Origin: the human T2T-CHM13v2.0 reference genome, Homo sapiens | Length of the DNA: 64,000 bases | Assembly (NCBI RefSeq): GCF_009914755.1 | Contig: NC_060926.1 | Strand: one strand, 5' to 3' | Shown here: positions 13,397-26,350 of the stretch, one piece after another | Position numbering within the stretch: position 1 is the stretch's first letter | How the letters are laid out: each line of letters begins with the position of its first letter | Made by a program: the position numbers and the translations under genes | Notes under the pieces: generated by a model | What the model was told of the DNA's origin: nothing | Databases searched by the model: none | Seen by the model: the letters and a program-made list of their open reading frames with translations, nothing else

Positions 13397-13577
13397 CAGT
13401 GGTTCTCAACTCAGGCTGCACATTAGAGTCAACTGGGGAGCTTTTGAAAACACCAGTCCCCAAACTCCACCCCAGACCAATTAAATCATAATCTCTAGGA
13501 AGGAGGTCCAAGCGTCTGTATGTCTTTAAAAGCTCCCCGAGTGATTCTAATGGGCTGCCAGGGTTGGGAGTCATTGT
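13397..13577. mobile_element. MER5-like hAT-Charlie MITE
   Basis: CAGTGGTTCTCAACTCAGGCTGCACATTAGAGTCAACTGGGGAGC..AGCTCCCCGAGTGATTCTAATG..GGGTTGGGAGTCATTG; imperfect palindrome. Confidence 0.85.
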
Positions 13578-14731
13578 TGGGGTATGCCAGTTGGATATAA
13601 AGATTCAGATTTATTTCCAGAAATATTATACAAGATAATTTTTTTATTTCTCTAATAGCTGAAAAATATATCTTATTTATTTATTTTATTGAGATATAAA
13701 TCACATACCATGAAATTCATCCTCTTATTAAAGTATGCAGTTCAGTGGCTTTAGTATACTCACGGAGTTGTGCAACCATCACCACTCTCTAATTCCAGAA
13801 AAAACCCTTAGCTGTTAGCAGTCACTCTCCTTTATCTCCTGACAACCACTCCTCTACTTTCTGTCTCCATGGAGTTGCCCATTCTAGGCATTTCGTCAAA
13901 TGGAGTCATACAACATGTGGCCTTTTATGTCCAGCTTTTTTCACTTAGTCTAATGCTTTCAGGGTTCACCTATATTGTAGCGTGTATCTGTACTTCATTC
14001 CATTTTATTTTTGGATAATATCCCATCGTGTGGATATCCCACATTTTGTTTGTCGATTCATCCATTGGTGGACGTTGGGGTTGTTTCCACTTTTTGGCTA
14101 TTGTGGACAGTGCTGCTGTGAGCATTCTTGTACAGGTTTTTGTAAGGACATATGGTTTCAGTTATATTGGGTATACAGTTGACCTTTGAACTATGCAGGG
14201 GTTAGGACGCCAACCCCTCATGCAGTCGAAAATCCATGTATAACTTTTGGCTCCACAAAACTTAACTACTAATAGCCTACTCTCGATTAACAACTTATTT
14301 TGTAGGCTATATGTATTATATACTGTATTCTTACAATAAAGTAAGCTAAAGAAAAGGAAATGTTATTATGAAAACCATAAGGAAGAGAAAATACTGTATT
14401 AATACCATAAGTTTACATTGTCTGTCTACAAGAGGAATTGTTTGTCTGAAATGACAGGCAACTACACAGCTGCAGACCTCAATTTCTGGTACATATCAAG
14501 CAATTCAACTTTTTCCTGTAATGTCATGACTCTTCTCTTTTCTTGGGAGCACTTTCAGCATCACTAGTGGCACTTCATATGGGGCTCATGGTATTATTCA
14601 GGGTTTATGGTATTGCACTAAACACGATGAAAACTACATGAGAACCGCAAGAGATCACTTTTTACTGGAATAAGCAGTTTACTGGAGAGATGAGCAGCTC
14701 ACATAGAGATCACTAGCATCTAGCTGTTGGA

Positions 14732-14785
14732 TACCTGCGACACTTGAGTTACCTGCGACACTTGAGTTACCTGCGACACTTGAGT
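14732..14785 (+). repeat. Perfect tandem repeat, 3 x 18 bp
   Basis: TACCTGCGACACTTGAGT at 14732, 14750 and 14768. Confidence 0.95.
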
Positions 14786-14831
14786 TCACGGCAATAGCAA
14801 CAGGAGGTGGCTGTGAAATTATTACAATAGT

Positions 14832-15142
14832 GGCCAGGCACGGTGGCTCACGTCTGTAATCCTAGCATTTTGGGAGGCCGAGGTGGGTGGATTACCTGAG
14901 GTCGGGAGTTCAAGTCTAGCCTGGCCAACATGGTGAAACCCTGTCTCTACTAAAAAATATAAAAAATTAGCTGGTGCAGTGGTGTGCGCCTGTAATTCCA
15001 GCTACTCAGGAGGCCGAGGCACAAGAATTCGCTTGAACCTGGGAGGCGGAGGTTGCAGTGAGCCAAGATCACACTACTGCACTCTAGCCTGGGCTACAGA
15101 GAGAGACTTCGTCTCAAGAAAACAAAAACAAAAACAAAAAAA
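14832..15142 (+). mobile_element. Alu (AluS) nested in the Tigger2-type element
   Basis: Full dimer, (AAAAAC)n tail, AAATTATTACA on both sides. Confidence 0.95.
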
Positions 15143-15847
15143 TTATTACAGTCATACAGTATGCACTGTATTTAATTTTATGCAGTGATTATATTGCATC
15201 TTTATGTTTGTTTACATTTCTCTGACTATAAATGGTGCCATGTACAGTCTGTGTGTGCAAAAGTTTTGATAAATTTTAATGTTTTATGATAGATTTATGG
15301 ATATTTGTGGTAGTAAATGATAAAATAGACTAGTATCTACGTAGATTTGATGCATTCATGACATACCTTTTTCTTAATTTTTTCAGCATTTCTAGGCTAC
15401 ATAGTTTACAAGTTTTTCCAAATTGTCACAAATCTCCAAAAAATGTTCCAATATATTTATTGAAATAAATTCACATGTAAGTGGATCTACAAAGTTCAAA
15501 CCTGTTTTGTTCAAGGGTCAACTGTATATCTAGGAGTGGAATTGCTGGGTTGCGTGGTCACTTTATGTTTAACCATTTGAGGAGCCGCCAGCCTGTTTTC
15601 CAAAATGGCTACACCATTTTACATTGCCATCAGCAGTGTATGAGGGTTCCGGTTTCTCTACATCCTCATCAACACTTGGCATTATTTTCTGTCCTTTTGA
15701 CTATAGCTATCCTAATGGATGTGAAGTGGTATGTCATTGTAGTTTGGTTTACCTTTTCCTGATGGCTAATGAAGTTGGGTACCCTTTAATGTATTTATTG
15801 GCCATTGTTAAGTCTTCTCTGGAGAAATGTCTATTCAAGTCTTTTGA

Positions 15848-15848
15848 C

Positions 15849-15879
<31 letters not shown>

Positions 15880-16168
15880 ATTTTTTTGAGATGGAGTCTC
15901 ACTGTCACCCAGGCTGAAGTGCAGTGGTGCGATCTCAGCTCACTGTAACCTCCACCTTGCAAATTCAAGTGATTCTCCTACCTTAGCCTTCTGAGTAGCT
16001 GGGACTACAGGCACATGTCACCATGCCCAGTTAATGTTTTGTATTTTTAGTAGAGATGGGGTTTCACCGTGTTGGCCAGGCTGGTCTCTAATCCTGACCT
16101 CAAGTGATCTGCCTGCCTTGGACCCCCCAAAGTGCTGGGATTACAGGCATGAGCCACCATGCCCGGGC
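15848..16168 (-). mobile_element. Alu (AluS) nested in L1
   Basis: (TTTA)n tail, full dimer, TCTTTTGAC on both sides. Confidence 0.94.
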
Positions 16169-16741
16169 TCTTTTGACCTTTTAAAATTGAGTTATTTGTC
16201 TTTTTATTGTTGAGTTGCAAGAGCTCTTTCTTTATGTATTCTGGGTACTAGATCCTTATTAAATACATTATTTGCAAATATTTTCTCTCATTCTGTGGGT
16301 TGTCTTTTCACTTTCTTTGTAGTATTCTTTGAAGCACAAAAGTTTTTAATTTTGATGAAGTCTAATTTAGCTATATTTTCTGTTATCATTTGTGCTTTAG
16401 GTGTCACATCTAAGCAACCACTGCCTAGTCCTAGGTCATAAAAAATATGTCTTTAATTTATTCTAAGATATTTATAATTTCAGTTCTTAGAGGTCTTTGA
16501 TCAATTCTGAGTTAATTTTTACATACAGTGTTAGGCAGATTTTATCACTCCAAAAAGGTAGGAGTACAGCTTCATTCTGTGCAAGATAAGTTGATCATAT
16601 TAGAATATTAGAGCAGGCCACGGGGCTTGGGAGCTCTAGTCCCTTATTGTAATGGTGAGGCACGTAAGGTACTGTGAGGTTCAATTGAGAGATAAACACT
16701 GACTCTAAAGGCCTATTTGAACCTAAAGTACCTCCGAACTC

Positions 16742-17038
16742 TTTTTCTTTTTTTTTGAGACAGAGTCTCGCTCTTTCGCCCAGGCTGGAGTGCAGTGGTG
16801 CCATCTAGGCTCACTGCAAGCTCCACCTCCTGGGTTCACGCCATTCTCCTGCCTCAGCCTCCCAAGTAGCTGGGACTACAGGCACCCGCCACCACGCCCG
16901 GCTAATTTTTTGTATTTTTTTGGTAGAGACGGGGTTTCACCATGTTAGCCAGGATGGTCTTGATCTCCTGACCTCGTGATCCGCCCGCCTTGGCCTCTCA
17001 AAGTACTGGGATTACAGGCATGAGCCACCGCGCCCGCC
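16742..17038 (-). mobile_element. AluY
   Basis: GCAAGCTCCACCTCCTGGGTTCACGCCATTCTCC; TSD AGTACCTCC(G/T)AACTCTT. Confidence 0.95.
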
Positions 17039-17351
17039 CAGTACCTCCTAACTCTTATGAAAGGTTAAAGTGTATTCTCCATAGTTTCTCTGTTCAGTCA
17101 ATTTTAATAGCATTTCTAACATTGGGAAGCTATAACTTATTTCTGAGGTATTATGTGTATCTTAACACCAGAACATGACCAGAACATTGCATGGCTCTGT
17201 CACAGGTGAGTTGCCAAACTCACTGTCATATTTTTAAAGATCTTAATTCTTTGGTAGATAACCAAGATTAGTTGAAATGCATGTTCAGATTATGGATACA
17301 TCAGACTCAGCTAAATGGAAAATGTATACCATAGAAGAAAATATATTCCAA

Positions 17352-17702
<351 letters not shown>

Positions 17703-18449
17703 AAATTCTAAATAGATTAAAAAGAAGTTTAAAAAACTTAAAAGATACCTTTAACAGTATTGAAAACGATGTTGAAGCATCCTATAAAAGCCACAGCAAG
17801 TGATAATGATGTGATAATAGATGAAAAGAACGCAAGGGAAATCTCCTAAACGACTCAAACTATACAGGGAGGGGCGGTTTGGAAGGGGGAGTTAGATCCC
17901 TACCTCATGCCACACTCAAATATATCAACTGAATGAAAGATTTATTTCATTATTCTTTTTATATTTAATAAAGAGATGCTTGCTAATGGAGGTAAAAAAA
18001 ATCAAACAGTACAAGTAAAATGAAATTCTTCCTTGATTTTCTTTTCCCCTCTCTGCCTAGCTCCACTTCACTCACTGCTATTTGGTGTGTGTTCTTCCTG
18101 GCTGGTTTGAATATATACATATACAACTACTATGTATTATTTTGTGGATTTTTTAACACAAAGAGGATTCTGTTATTTCTATTTGATAACTTGCTTCCCC
18201 CCCCCCCCCCCCACTTAATAGGGTATCTCAGAGACCTTTCGATGTCAGTACATACGCGCTTACCTCATTCTAATTAGCCACTGTGTGGTATTCCATAGTA
18301 GAGATGTACCTTGTAAGCATTCCCATGTTGGTAGGCATGTTAAGAAGAAAAAAAGAACATACTTGAACACACCTTTGTGTGCCCAAACTAGTCTTTCTCC
18401 AGCATAGATTGCTAGTAGTAGATTTACTGGGTCTGATAGTATTTGTGCA

Positions 18450-18585
18450 TTTTATTTTATTTTATTTTGTAGAGGCGGGGTCTTACTATGTTGCCCAGGC
18501 TGGACTTGAACTCCTGGGCTTAAGCAACCTCCCACTTCAGCCTACCAAGTAGTTGGAACTGTAGGCACGTGCACCACGCCCAGCT
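18450..18585 (-). mobile_element. FLAM-type monomer inside an old antisense L1 relic (about 18080-18740)
   Basis: TGTAGAGGCGGGGTCTTACTATGTTGCCCAGGCTGG..CACGCCCAGC; GCATTTTA on both sides. Confidence 0.8.
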
Positions 18586-18832
18586 AGCATTTTAAATTTT
18601 AATAAATTCTGCCAAAATACCATCCAAAAAAAGGCTTTGTGAAATTACACTGTAATGAATAGTATGGGAGTGATACCCTTGCCAACTTTTTAAAAATTTA
18701 AATTAATCCAATGGGCAGAAATTATACCTCATTTAAATTTTTTTTTTTAATAAGCAGAGAAAATACTTGTAGAAGGTATTACTTAGTTTTGTTTTTTTTT
18801 TTTTCTTTAGTCTATACACAGAAAACTACCTG

Positions 18833-18938
18833 GGGCTCTCTTTGACAGCACATAAACTAAAATTGGAACAGTACAGAGAAGAGTAGCATGGCTCCTGTGC
18901 AAGAATGATGCACACATTTGTGAAGCGTTTCATATTTT
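18833..18938 (+). pseudogene. RNU6: Full-length U6 snRNA processed pseudogene
   Basis: Colinear with U6 as I recall it over 106 nt (about 17 substitutions, many at CpG); ACAGAGA box kept; flanked by TSD GAAAACTACCT (18821-18831, 18966-18976); no PSE/TATA seen upstream. The symbol is the parent family. Confidence 0.93.
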
Positions 18939-19444
18939 AAACAACATATTTAGAGATAGAAAAGGGAAAACTACCTAGAAGTGGAATGAGATTAGGAGAA
19001 TTAGGAGGATTAGTTAGAATTTTTTCTGGTTAGAATTTTTATTTTCTAAATTGAAATTCTAGTTTCAAGTTGTTTTAAAATAATACAATTTTAGTTTCAA
19101 GTTGTTTTAAAATAATAAATGTATATTGCTTTTGGAACTTGAAAAAGAATAAAGATATTTTTTAAAAGAAAAATAAAGCCCTCTTGCAGCATAATTTACG
19201 TTGCATTTTCTCTCTCAGTGCTGAGCAGGCCTAGAGTTGAAGGTCGTGAGTGAACTGTATATTAAAAGCCTTTGTCTTCCGGCTGTAGCAATACCATACT
19301 TCTGTATGGCCAATTGTCAACTAAAGCCTGTATCTTGAAATGATGGACTCATGTGCAGATAGATTGTTGTGTGCATCTACACTCCCGGCCTGTTCATAGA
19401 AGACTTCCGGGGCAGCAAGCAGAAATGCTTGTCAGCCCACATTC

Positions 19445-19726
19445 TTTTTTTTTTTTTTCAATACAGAGTCTCTGTTACCCAGTCTGGAGTACAGTGGTGT
19501 AATCTTGGCTCGCTGCAGCCTCTGCCTCCCAGGTTCAAGCGATCCTCCCACCTCAGCCTCCCAAGTAGCTTGGATTACAAGCCTGCTAATTTTTGTATTT
19601 TTTTTTAGTAGAGAAGGGGTTTCACCATGTAGGCCAGGCTGGTTTCGAACTCCTGACCTCAAGTGATCTACCTGCCTTGGCCTCCCAAAGTGTTGGGATT
19701 ACAGGCGTGAGCCGCTGCACCCAGCC
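19445..19726 (-). mobile_element. Alu (AluS/J) with small internal deletion
   Basis: Poly(T) plus antisense dimer ending CACCCAGCC. Confidence 0.92.
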
Positions 19727-21562
19727 TCCATACTCTTTATTCTAGCTGCTCAAGCAGTTTTCTCCACACCTGTGCTTCTTTAAAACAGTGGACTTGATGG
19801 AAAAATTGAATGTTACCACTTTAGTTGGATCCTGGAGATGGATAATTCATTGATAAGGACTGCCATCCACTTGGATGCTTTCTTCAGAGCCCTGTCACCA
19901 AGAACAGATTGGCAGTCCATTCTGTAATTCACAGCATACCTTTATTGCTGACAAAGTTCCAAGTGAAGGTACCTGTTAGCTGGGGCTATTAACTCCCTCT
20001 TGTTGGGCTCCTGTACCCTGTCTGCAGGGGCTAGGGCCAGTGGCCATGATGAAAAATGAGCACACGTGGCTCAAGAACAGAGCCTGTGATTTGCCCATTG
20101 GTACTGAGTCCACCTTGGTGGGAAGTCAGTGGCAATTCTTCCACCCACACACCACTGACCTTGCCTTGTTGGTGGCCATCTTGTGTGTTGGCTCTTGACC
20201 AGAGACGCTCTGCAGTCACTCTGTGGGGCTGTTTGACCACAAAATGTGTCACTGGGTTAGTGGTTTTATGCCAAGGTAAGATTCTGATAGAAGGCAGTTA
20301 AGGTGGTAGTGTAAAAGCTGCATGAACAATCATGGTTCTTCTTGAATACAAAACAGTAATCTCTGCCACTAATTCATTGACTGCCAAGTCCCAGGCTCTG
20401 GGATGGGTACTCTTTGTAAGTCATGATTTCATTTAATTTCCCAAAAAGTCCATCCCATCACCTGTAATCTCACAGCTAGCATGTGGCCGACACTATATTG
20501 AGAGTGGGGTTTGTGCTAATCCAGACTCAGCAAAATCTTGACTACTGGGACCCTTTCATCTCATCCAACATATTTGAGGGATCTCCTGTGGGCCAGGCAC
20601 TGATCCTAGTGCTGGAAGTCCAGAGATAATGCCTCCCTTCAAAGAGTTTCTAGTTCAATAAAGAGAGCCTCATTTAATCAAAAGTGTTGCACATACTATA
20701 ATTTTAGGAGAAAATTAATCCCAGGAAACAAACGTCTTAGGAGATATTTTACTCTAGGAAAAAAAGATAATCCAATCTTTTAAGGATTTGTTTTTAGGAC
20801 AATACACATTAAATCATTCTCCTGAATGTGAATGTTGACACCACTCTCTGGTCAGAAATGTCATTCAGAACAACAGTGTTAAGGCGCGTGCGTGGTATTC
20901 TGTCACCCAAAATGTGTTAGCTATGTTTACTCCTCATACCAAGATTTTTCTCAGACACTCAAGAAGCATCTTCACTGATGCAGAACAAATAGGAATTTAA
21001 ACCCACATTTTCATAATTGATTTTAGTACTCTTTTATAATCAGTGTAGGGGCAAACATTTTAAGTTTGTTCATCCCTTCTATAAATCTTGTAAATAAAGT
21101 TAATACTTGCATGTCACTGATGAATTCACTTCCAAGTTACTGCCTGTGACCTACCATGCACACAAAGCAGTGGTTGCTGGCAGGTGTGGCCTGACCCTTG
21201 TTGTCTTTCACACCACTTTGTCCCTCAGTCACAACCACCAAGCTCCGTCCACTGCACCTGCCCACGTCCTGTGTGCTCTGCACATCCCTGATTCCCTAAT
21301 CATACACAGGTTCCTCCTTTTTTCTTTCTCACAGCACCCTTGGCACTTATCTGAAACATAGCTTTGTATTTTTTTGTACACACAGCTGCCGGCTAGCTAT
21401 CCCTCCAAGAGCAAATACTGTGTCTGTTCTCTTCACCCATTTATAAAATGGTCATCATGGTGCCTCACTCATCATTAGCTTTTACTAAAGGGTGGGTAGA
21501 TGGAACGTGAAAGGGTAGGTGGGTGGATGGATGGACAGCTGGAATAGTTCTTTCACCAAGCA

Positions 21563-22197
21563 GAGATGGCCCCTAACTTATGATGGTTTGACTGAACAAT
21601 TTTTTGATTTTATGGTGGTGCAAAAGTGATACACGTTCAGTAGAAACCGTACTTCAGTGCTGTATTCAACAGATTACATTAGATATTCAACACTGTTATT
21701 AAAAAGGCTTTGCGTTAGGTGTTTTTGCCCAACTGTAGGCTAATGTAAGTATTCTGAGTGTAAGGTAGGCTAGGCTAAGCATTGATGTTCAGTAGATTAC
21801 GTCTATTAAATGCATTTTTTTTGGGGGGCGGGGACAGAGTCTTGCTCTGTCGCCCAGGCTGGAGTTCAGTGGCGCCATCTCGGCCCACTGCAAGCTCTGC
21901 CTCCCGGGTTCACGCCATTCTCCTGCCTCAGCCTCCTGAGTAGCTGGGACTACAGGCGCCCGCCACCACACATGGCCAATTTTTTGTGTTTTTAGTAGAG
22001 ACAGGGTTTCACCGTGTTAGCCAGGATGGTCTCGATCTCCTGACCTTGTGATCCACCAGCCTCGGCCTCCCAAAGTGCTGGGATTACAAGTGTGAGCCAC
22101 CACACCTGGCCTATTAAATGCATTTTTGACTTAGTATATTTTCAGCCTACAATGGGTTTATCAGGATATAACCCCGTTGTAAGTGGAGGAACATCTG
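21563..22197 (-). mobile_element. MER47A-like TcMar-Tigger relic, interrupted by AluY
   Basis: CAGTAGAAACCGTACTTC, TTTGCCCAACTGTAGGCTAATGTAAGT, AGGTAGGCTAGGCTAAGC, end GTAAGTGGAGGAACATCTG-TA. Confidence 0.82.
21815..22111 (-). mobile_element. AluY
   Basis: GCAAGCTCTGCCTCCCGGGTTCACGCCATTCTCC; TSD TATTAAATGCATTTTT. Confidence 0.95.
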
Positions 22198-23493
22198 TAC
22201 TTGAGTATGGGGTACTTTCTAGTACTGGCCTGTTGCAGTGAATCAGATGTCACCTCTCAAGTCACCTTCTGGCAGGAGAGAGAGACATACGTATACAGCG
22301 TGTCAGGTGGGAAAGGGCACTATGAGCAAATAGAGCAGATAAAGCAGAGTAAGGCAGGTAGAGAGAAGAGGTGGGGATGTTGTTGTCCGTGTGTGTCACC
22401 GCATGGAGAAGGTGATATATAAGCAGAGACCCGAAGGAAGTGAAGGGATGAACCGTATCCAGTTCATGGCTAAATTCTCACCATTCCATGTTTTCAGAGT
22501 GAATTCTATCTGTGTGTCTATCTTGTCTCATGGTGCAGTTTTAGTTTTTGCCACACATCTAAAGCTAAATACACCAGGTTTAGTGGAAGAGGGCCTCTGG
22601 AAGGATGGAAATGGGAGCTGCCTCTTTTTGTGGAAGGGACAATTCCAGGGTGGGAAAAAGATATTTATGGGCCACATTTTTTATATCTTCAATTTACTTT
22701 TTATTATCTTGAGGAAGTAATAGATCGTTGAAAATGTGAATTTTTTTACTTCTCCTGTTGAGAGACAATATGAAGTTAATAAGAACAAGATTACTTTACA
22801 AAACATTCTGGGCTTGGCAGGTTCAGCCTCATTTGTATGTCATTGATTTCTTTACATTTTTCTCTGCATCTGTTGTAGGATTTTACAGGAGTCATAGAAT
22901 AACGGGGTCAAATATTTCTCTTAATCTGAAAGGCGCCACATTAAAACAGGGTGGTCTGGTTGTAAGCGTTTCCTCCGAGTGGGACAGACGAATGTTACAT
23001 ATCCAGTTCAGGTAGCAGGCAAGCTGTTTCCGATTGCCAGGAAGGCCCTTAGAACCAGCTGGCCTTCGTAAGTTAGGCTAGAGAGCGAATAAGGCAGTAT
23101 ATCTCTAAGCAGTAGCCCAAAGAGGAAAGTGATTGCTGTCTCCAATGGAGGGATCACAAAGGTGTGGAGGCCTGAGTGACCTGTTCACCTTCCTTTGCCT
23201 GCAACTGTGGACACAGTTATATGTGAGGTGGTGGCACTTGTCCTATTCGGGTACATGCATGAGATGGAAAGGCTTAGCTGACCATTCTGCAGCCCTTTCC
23301 AAACTAGGTGTTTCAGTGGCAGTGCCAGTACTTGCTGGGAATCCTGCTGCTTTTCCTGTGGTCTGCCCGTTGCTTATGCTCTGAAAAGGCACTGTTTGAA
23401 ACCTCAATGCCCTAAGGAGCATCTTGGGTGAGAAGAGAGATTGGGAAACTACACAGAGGATGCTCAGGAACTTCAAACCTGGAAAATGCCAGG

Positions 23494-23600
23494 GCAGTAA
23501 TTCTCAGAGTGTGGTCCACAGACCCCTGCTTCAGAATCATCACAGGTGCTTGTCGAAATGCAGACTCCTGGGCCCATTCCAAAGCGCAGAAGGTGCAGCA
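23494..23600. mobile_element. MER5A-like fragment
   Basis: CAGTAATTCTCAGAGTGTGGTCC..GAAATGCAGACTCCTGGGCCC. Confidence 0.7.
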
Positions 23601-24639
23601 CTGGAATTAAGGGGCTGTCTCCCAGGGGTGACAGGCACATACACCCAGGCAATGGGGAGCGACACTTTTGCACAGAAACCCACCGAGGCAGCTATTGCAT
23701 TTCCTGATTATGAGGTGATTTATTTCCTCTAAAAATGTATCCTATAGCCCTTTCCCAGGGAGTCTAATTTAGCAGATCTGGGGTGGTTCCAGACAGGGAA
23801 ATCAGTTAGAATATTAATGAATTAGGAAACTGTTTTCATTTTTTAGCAGGGATCTCTGTTTGAGACATGGGTGTCTCTTGGTAAACTCTAAGGCAATTGG
23901 ATCTCCATATTCTTAGAATCCTGGCAAAGGGGAGAATTCAGAAGGGCCCCACCTAGGCTGTGCCCATGATGAACTGGATATAGTCTTCACAGGTCAGTGT
24001 TGATTCAGCAGTATTTCTTGAGACCAGCCCTGGGTGAGGCCCCATGGGGAACACTCCCAGCCATGTTACCATTAACTGGCTCCTTATAGTAACCCAGCTG
24101 TGCCTTTCCCCTTGCCTCCTCTGAGAGGCCTCGCTCCTGCCTGGCCCCTTCCCCACACACATGGGCATCCCCATCTTCATTCTACCTTCTGCCCTGCTGG
24201 GTAGGCTGAGGGCCCAGCGCAGCTATGGCCCCTGGCTGGAGCCCTGTAGTTTCTCCCCTTGGCAGGCATCTCCACTAGTGCCATAGGGTTGGTGCTAGGT
24301 AGACAAGTGTGAAGGGCTAGGAGAGGAGGACAGGGGTTTTGCATTGGCACAGTAGCCAAGACAGCAAAGGTTGGAAAAGAACAGGTAAAACTATCACAGT
24401 TTGCAGATTGTCTACCTGGAAAACCCAAGAGAGTCAAGTGAAAACACCATAGCCAAGATTTGTCCAGGGGAGGAAGAGGTTTCACCAGGCCATTGAAGGA
24501 AGTTTCAGACAACAGTGCGGAGGGAGGGCTGGGTTCATCCAGGTTGTTCCCAGCCCTTTGTCCTTGTCTGTTAGGGCCTCTTTCTTCCATGGGGCGTGGC
24601 AAGGGAATAGCGACTTAGTGTTCTAAATAATAACATGGT

Positions 24640-24870
24640 CATTTCCGGAGTACTTGCCATGTGCCAGGCATCATTCTAAACATGTATGTTAACTAATTTA
24701 ATCCTCACAACAGCCCTGTGAGGTGGTGATTTCGGTCAGCATCATCTCATTACCTCCACATGCAGGGAGGGAAAATGAAGTGTGGAGAATCGCAGCAACC
24801 TGCCTAAGGGTCACATAGCTAACAAGTGGCAGAGCCCAGGAACCTGCGCGAGGCACCACCCACTCTGCAC
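24640..24870 (-). mobile_element. MIR
   Basis: ATGTGCCAGGCA..TTTAATCCTCACAACAGCCCTGTGAGGT..GGTCACATAGCTAACAAGTGGCAGAGC. Confidence 0.82.
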
Positions 24871-25219
24871 TGCCTCCCGTCACACAGCAAGATGGGTCTA
24901 TCTCCCAGAGGCACCTTGACTTCTGCACTCATAAAATAGGCCACACAGTAGAGATTCAGTACGCATTGTTGAATAGCTTTCATCTCTAGGGCAGTTTTCT
25001 GTCTTCAAGACAAACAGTGGCCTGAGAGCTCTGAGAATTTAGGTATCCAGGGATCCAATTGCTTTCTTATTTACTGAGAGATAGGCATGTCTCTGGTGAG
25101 ATCCTGCCAAACATAAACTCCTCCTTATTATAAATTTAGGAATTGTCTGGAACCACCACGATGGAGACTATCAACAATATGTACATCAGTTCTCTGAGTT
25201 GAAAGGTGTGTGCACAGCA

Positions 25220-25410
25220 CTGCCCCTGATGTCTGTGACTTTCGGTCAGAGACTTAACCTCTCTGATCTTTAGATCTTCACTGGTTTAAAAAGAAAGAGC
25301 TGGGTCAGTATTACCAACCTTAACAGGTCATTATGAGGATTAAATGAGACAACACATGGGAAGGGTCTCATCCAGTGCTGGCTCGTAGTGGGATCTCCAT
25401 GAAGGTAAGT
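25220..25410 (+). mobile_element. MIR
   Basis: GACTTAACCTCTCTGA, TGAGGATTAAATGAGA. Confidence 0.7.
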
Positions 25411-25692
25411 CTATCCCTGTGCCTTCCAGGAGGGGCAACAGCTATGTGGGATTTCATAAAACGATGCATTATAGGACCTGCTCCCTGCCCTCACCTAGCT
25501 TATAATTTAGGCAAGAAGAGTTTCTGAAACCACAGACATAGAAATCATAATTCCAGGCCACAGCAGGGGAGACCCCACATGGCAGTGCCTGGTCTGGTCT
25601 TTAGAGCAGGCATGACCTATGCCCGTGGGCCCACATCCCTTGTAGCTGTGATTTGGGGCAGGAACAGTGATTTTACAAAGTTAAAAAAGTCA

Positions 25693-26082
<390 letters not shown>

Positions 26083-26139
26083 CTACACGGTAACAGTCAG
26101 CAGCCCCCAGATGGGCTGTGGCCACCCCTCCTGCAGAGC

Positions 26140-26350
26140 TCTGTGGTGTGTCTGGGCTGAGTGGGGCTGGGTTCAAACCCTGGACCCACCACTTACCAGC
26201 TGGCATGACCTCAAGCAGGTTACCTGACCTCTTCTGTACATCTGGGCAGTGGCAGTACCTGCGTCCTGATCTTGTTGTGGGGATTTGCTGAGCTTCAGTC
26301 TGTGTAAAAGCCCAGAAGCACCTGATAATTATTATCGTGGCTGCTGTTAT
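26140..26350 (+). mobile_element. MIR
   Basis: CTGGGTTCAAACCCTG..CCACCACTTACCAGCTG..TGACCTCAAGCAGGTTACCT. Confidence 0.72.

Larger units (their letters stand above)
14176..15524 (-). mobile_element. Tigger2-type (Tigger2b/MER28-like) TcMar non-autonomous DNA transposon, both ends intact
   Basis: Terminal inverted repeats CAGTTGACCTTTGAAC / GTTCAAGGGTCAACTG with TA duplicated at 14174-75 and 15525-26; about 1.04 kb after removing the internal Alu. Confidence 0.88.
13672..16535 (-). mobile_element. L1MB-like 3' portion, interrupted by a Tigger2-type element and an Alu
   Basis: Antisense L1 3' UTR (TTGAGATATAAATCACATACCATG, TGTGCAACCATCACCAC) continuing into the ORF2 end (CTAGGAGTGGAATTGCTGGG, GAGAAATGTCTATTCAAG). 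Confidence 0.88.

Noticed and set aside
14732-14785. Direct repeats as a CRISPR-like array (also the 36-bp pair at 53297-53370)
   Set aside because: No unique spacers, no cas genes, primate DNA
18197-18212. C16 homopolymer
   Set aside because: Simple slippage run within an old L1 relic; no further evidence of function
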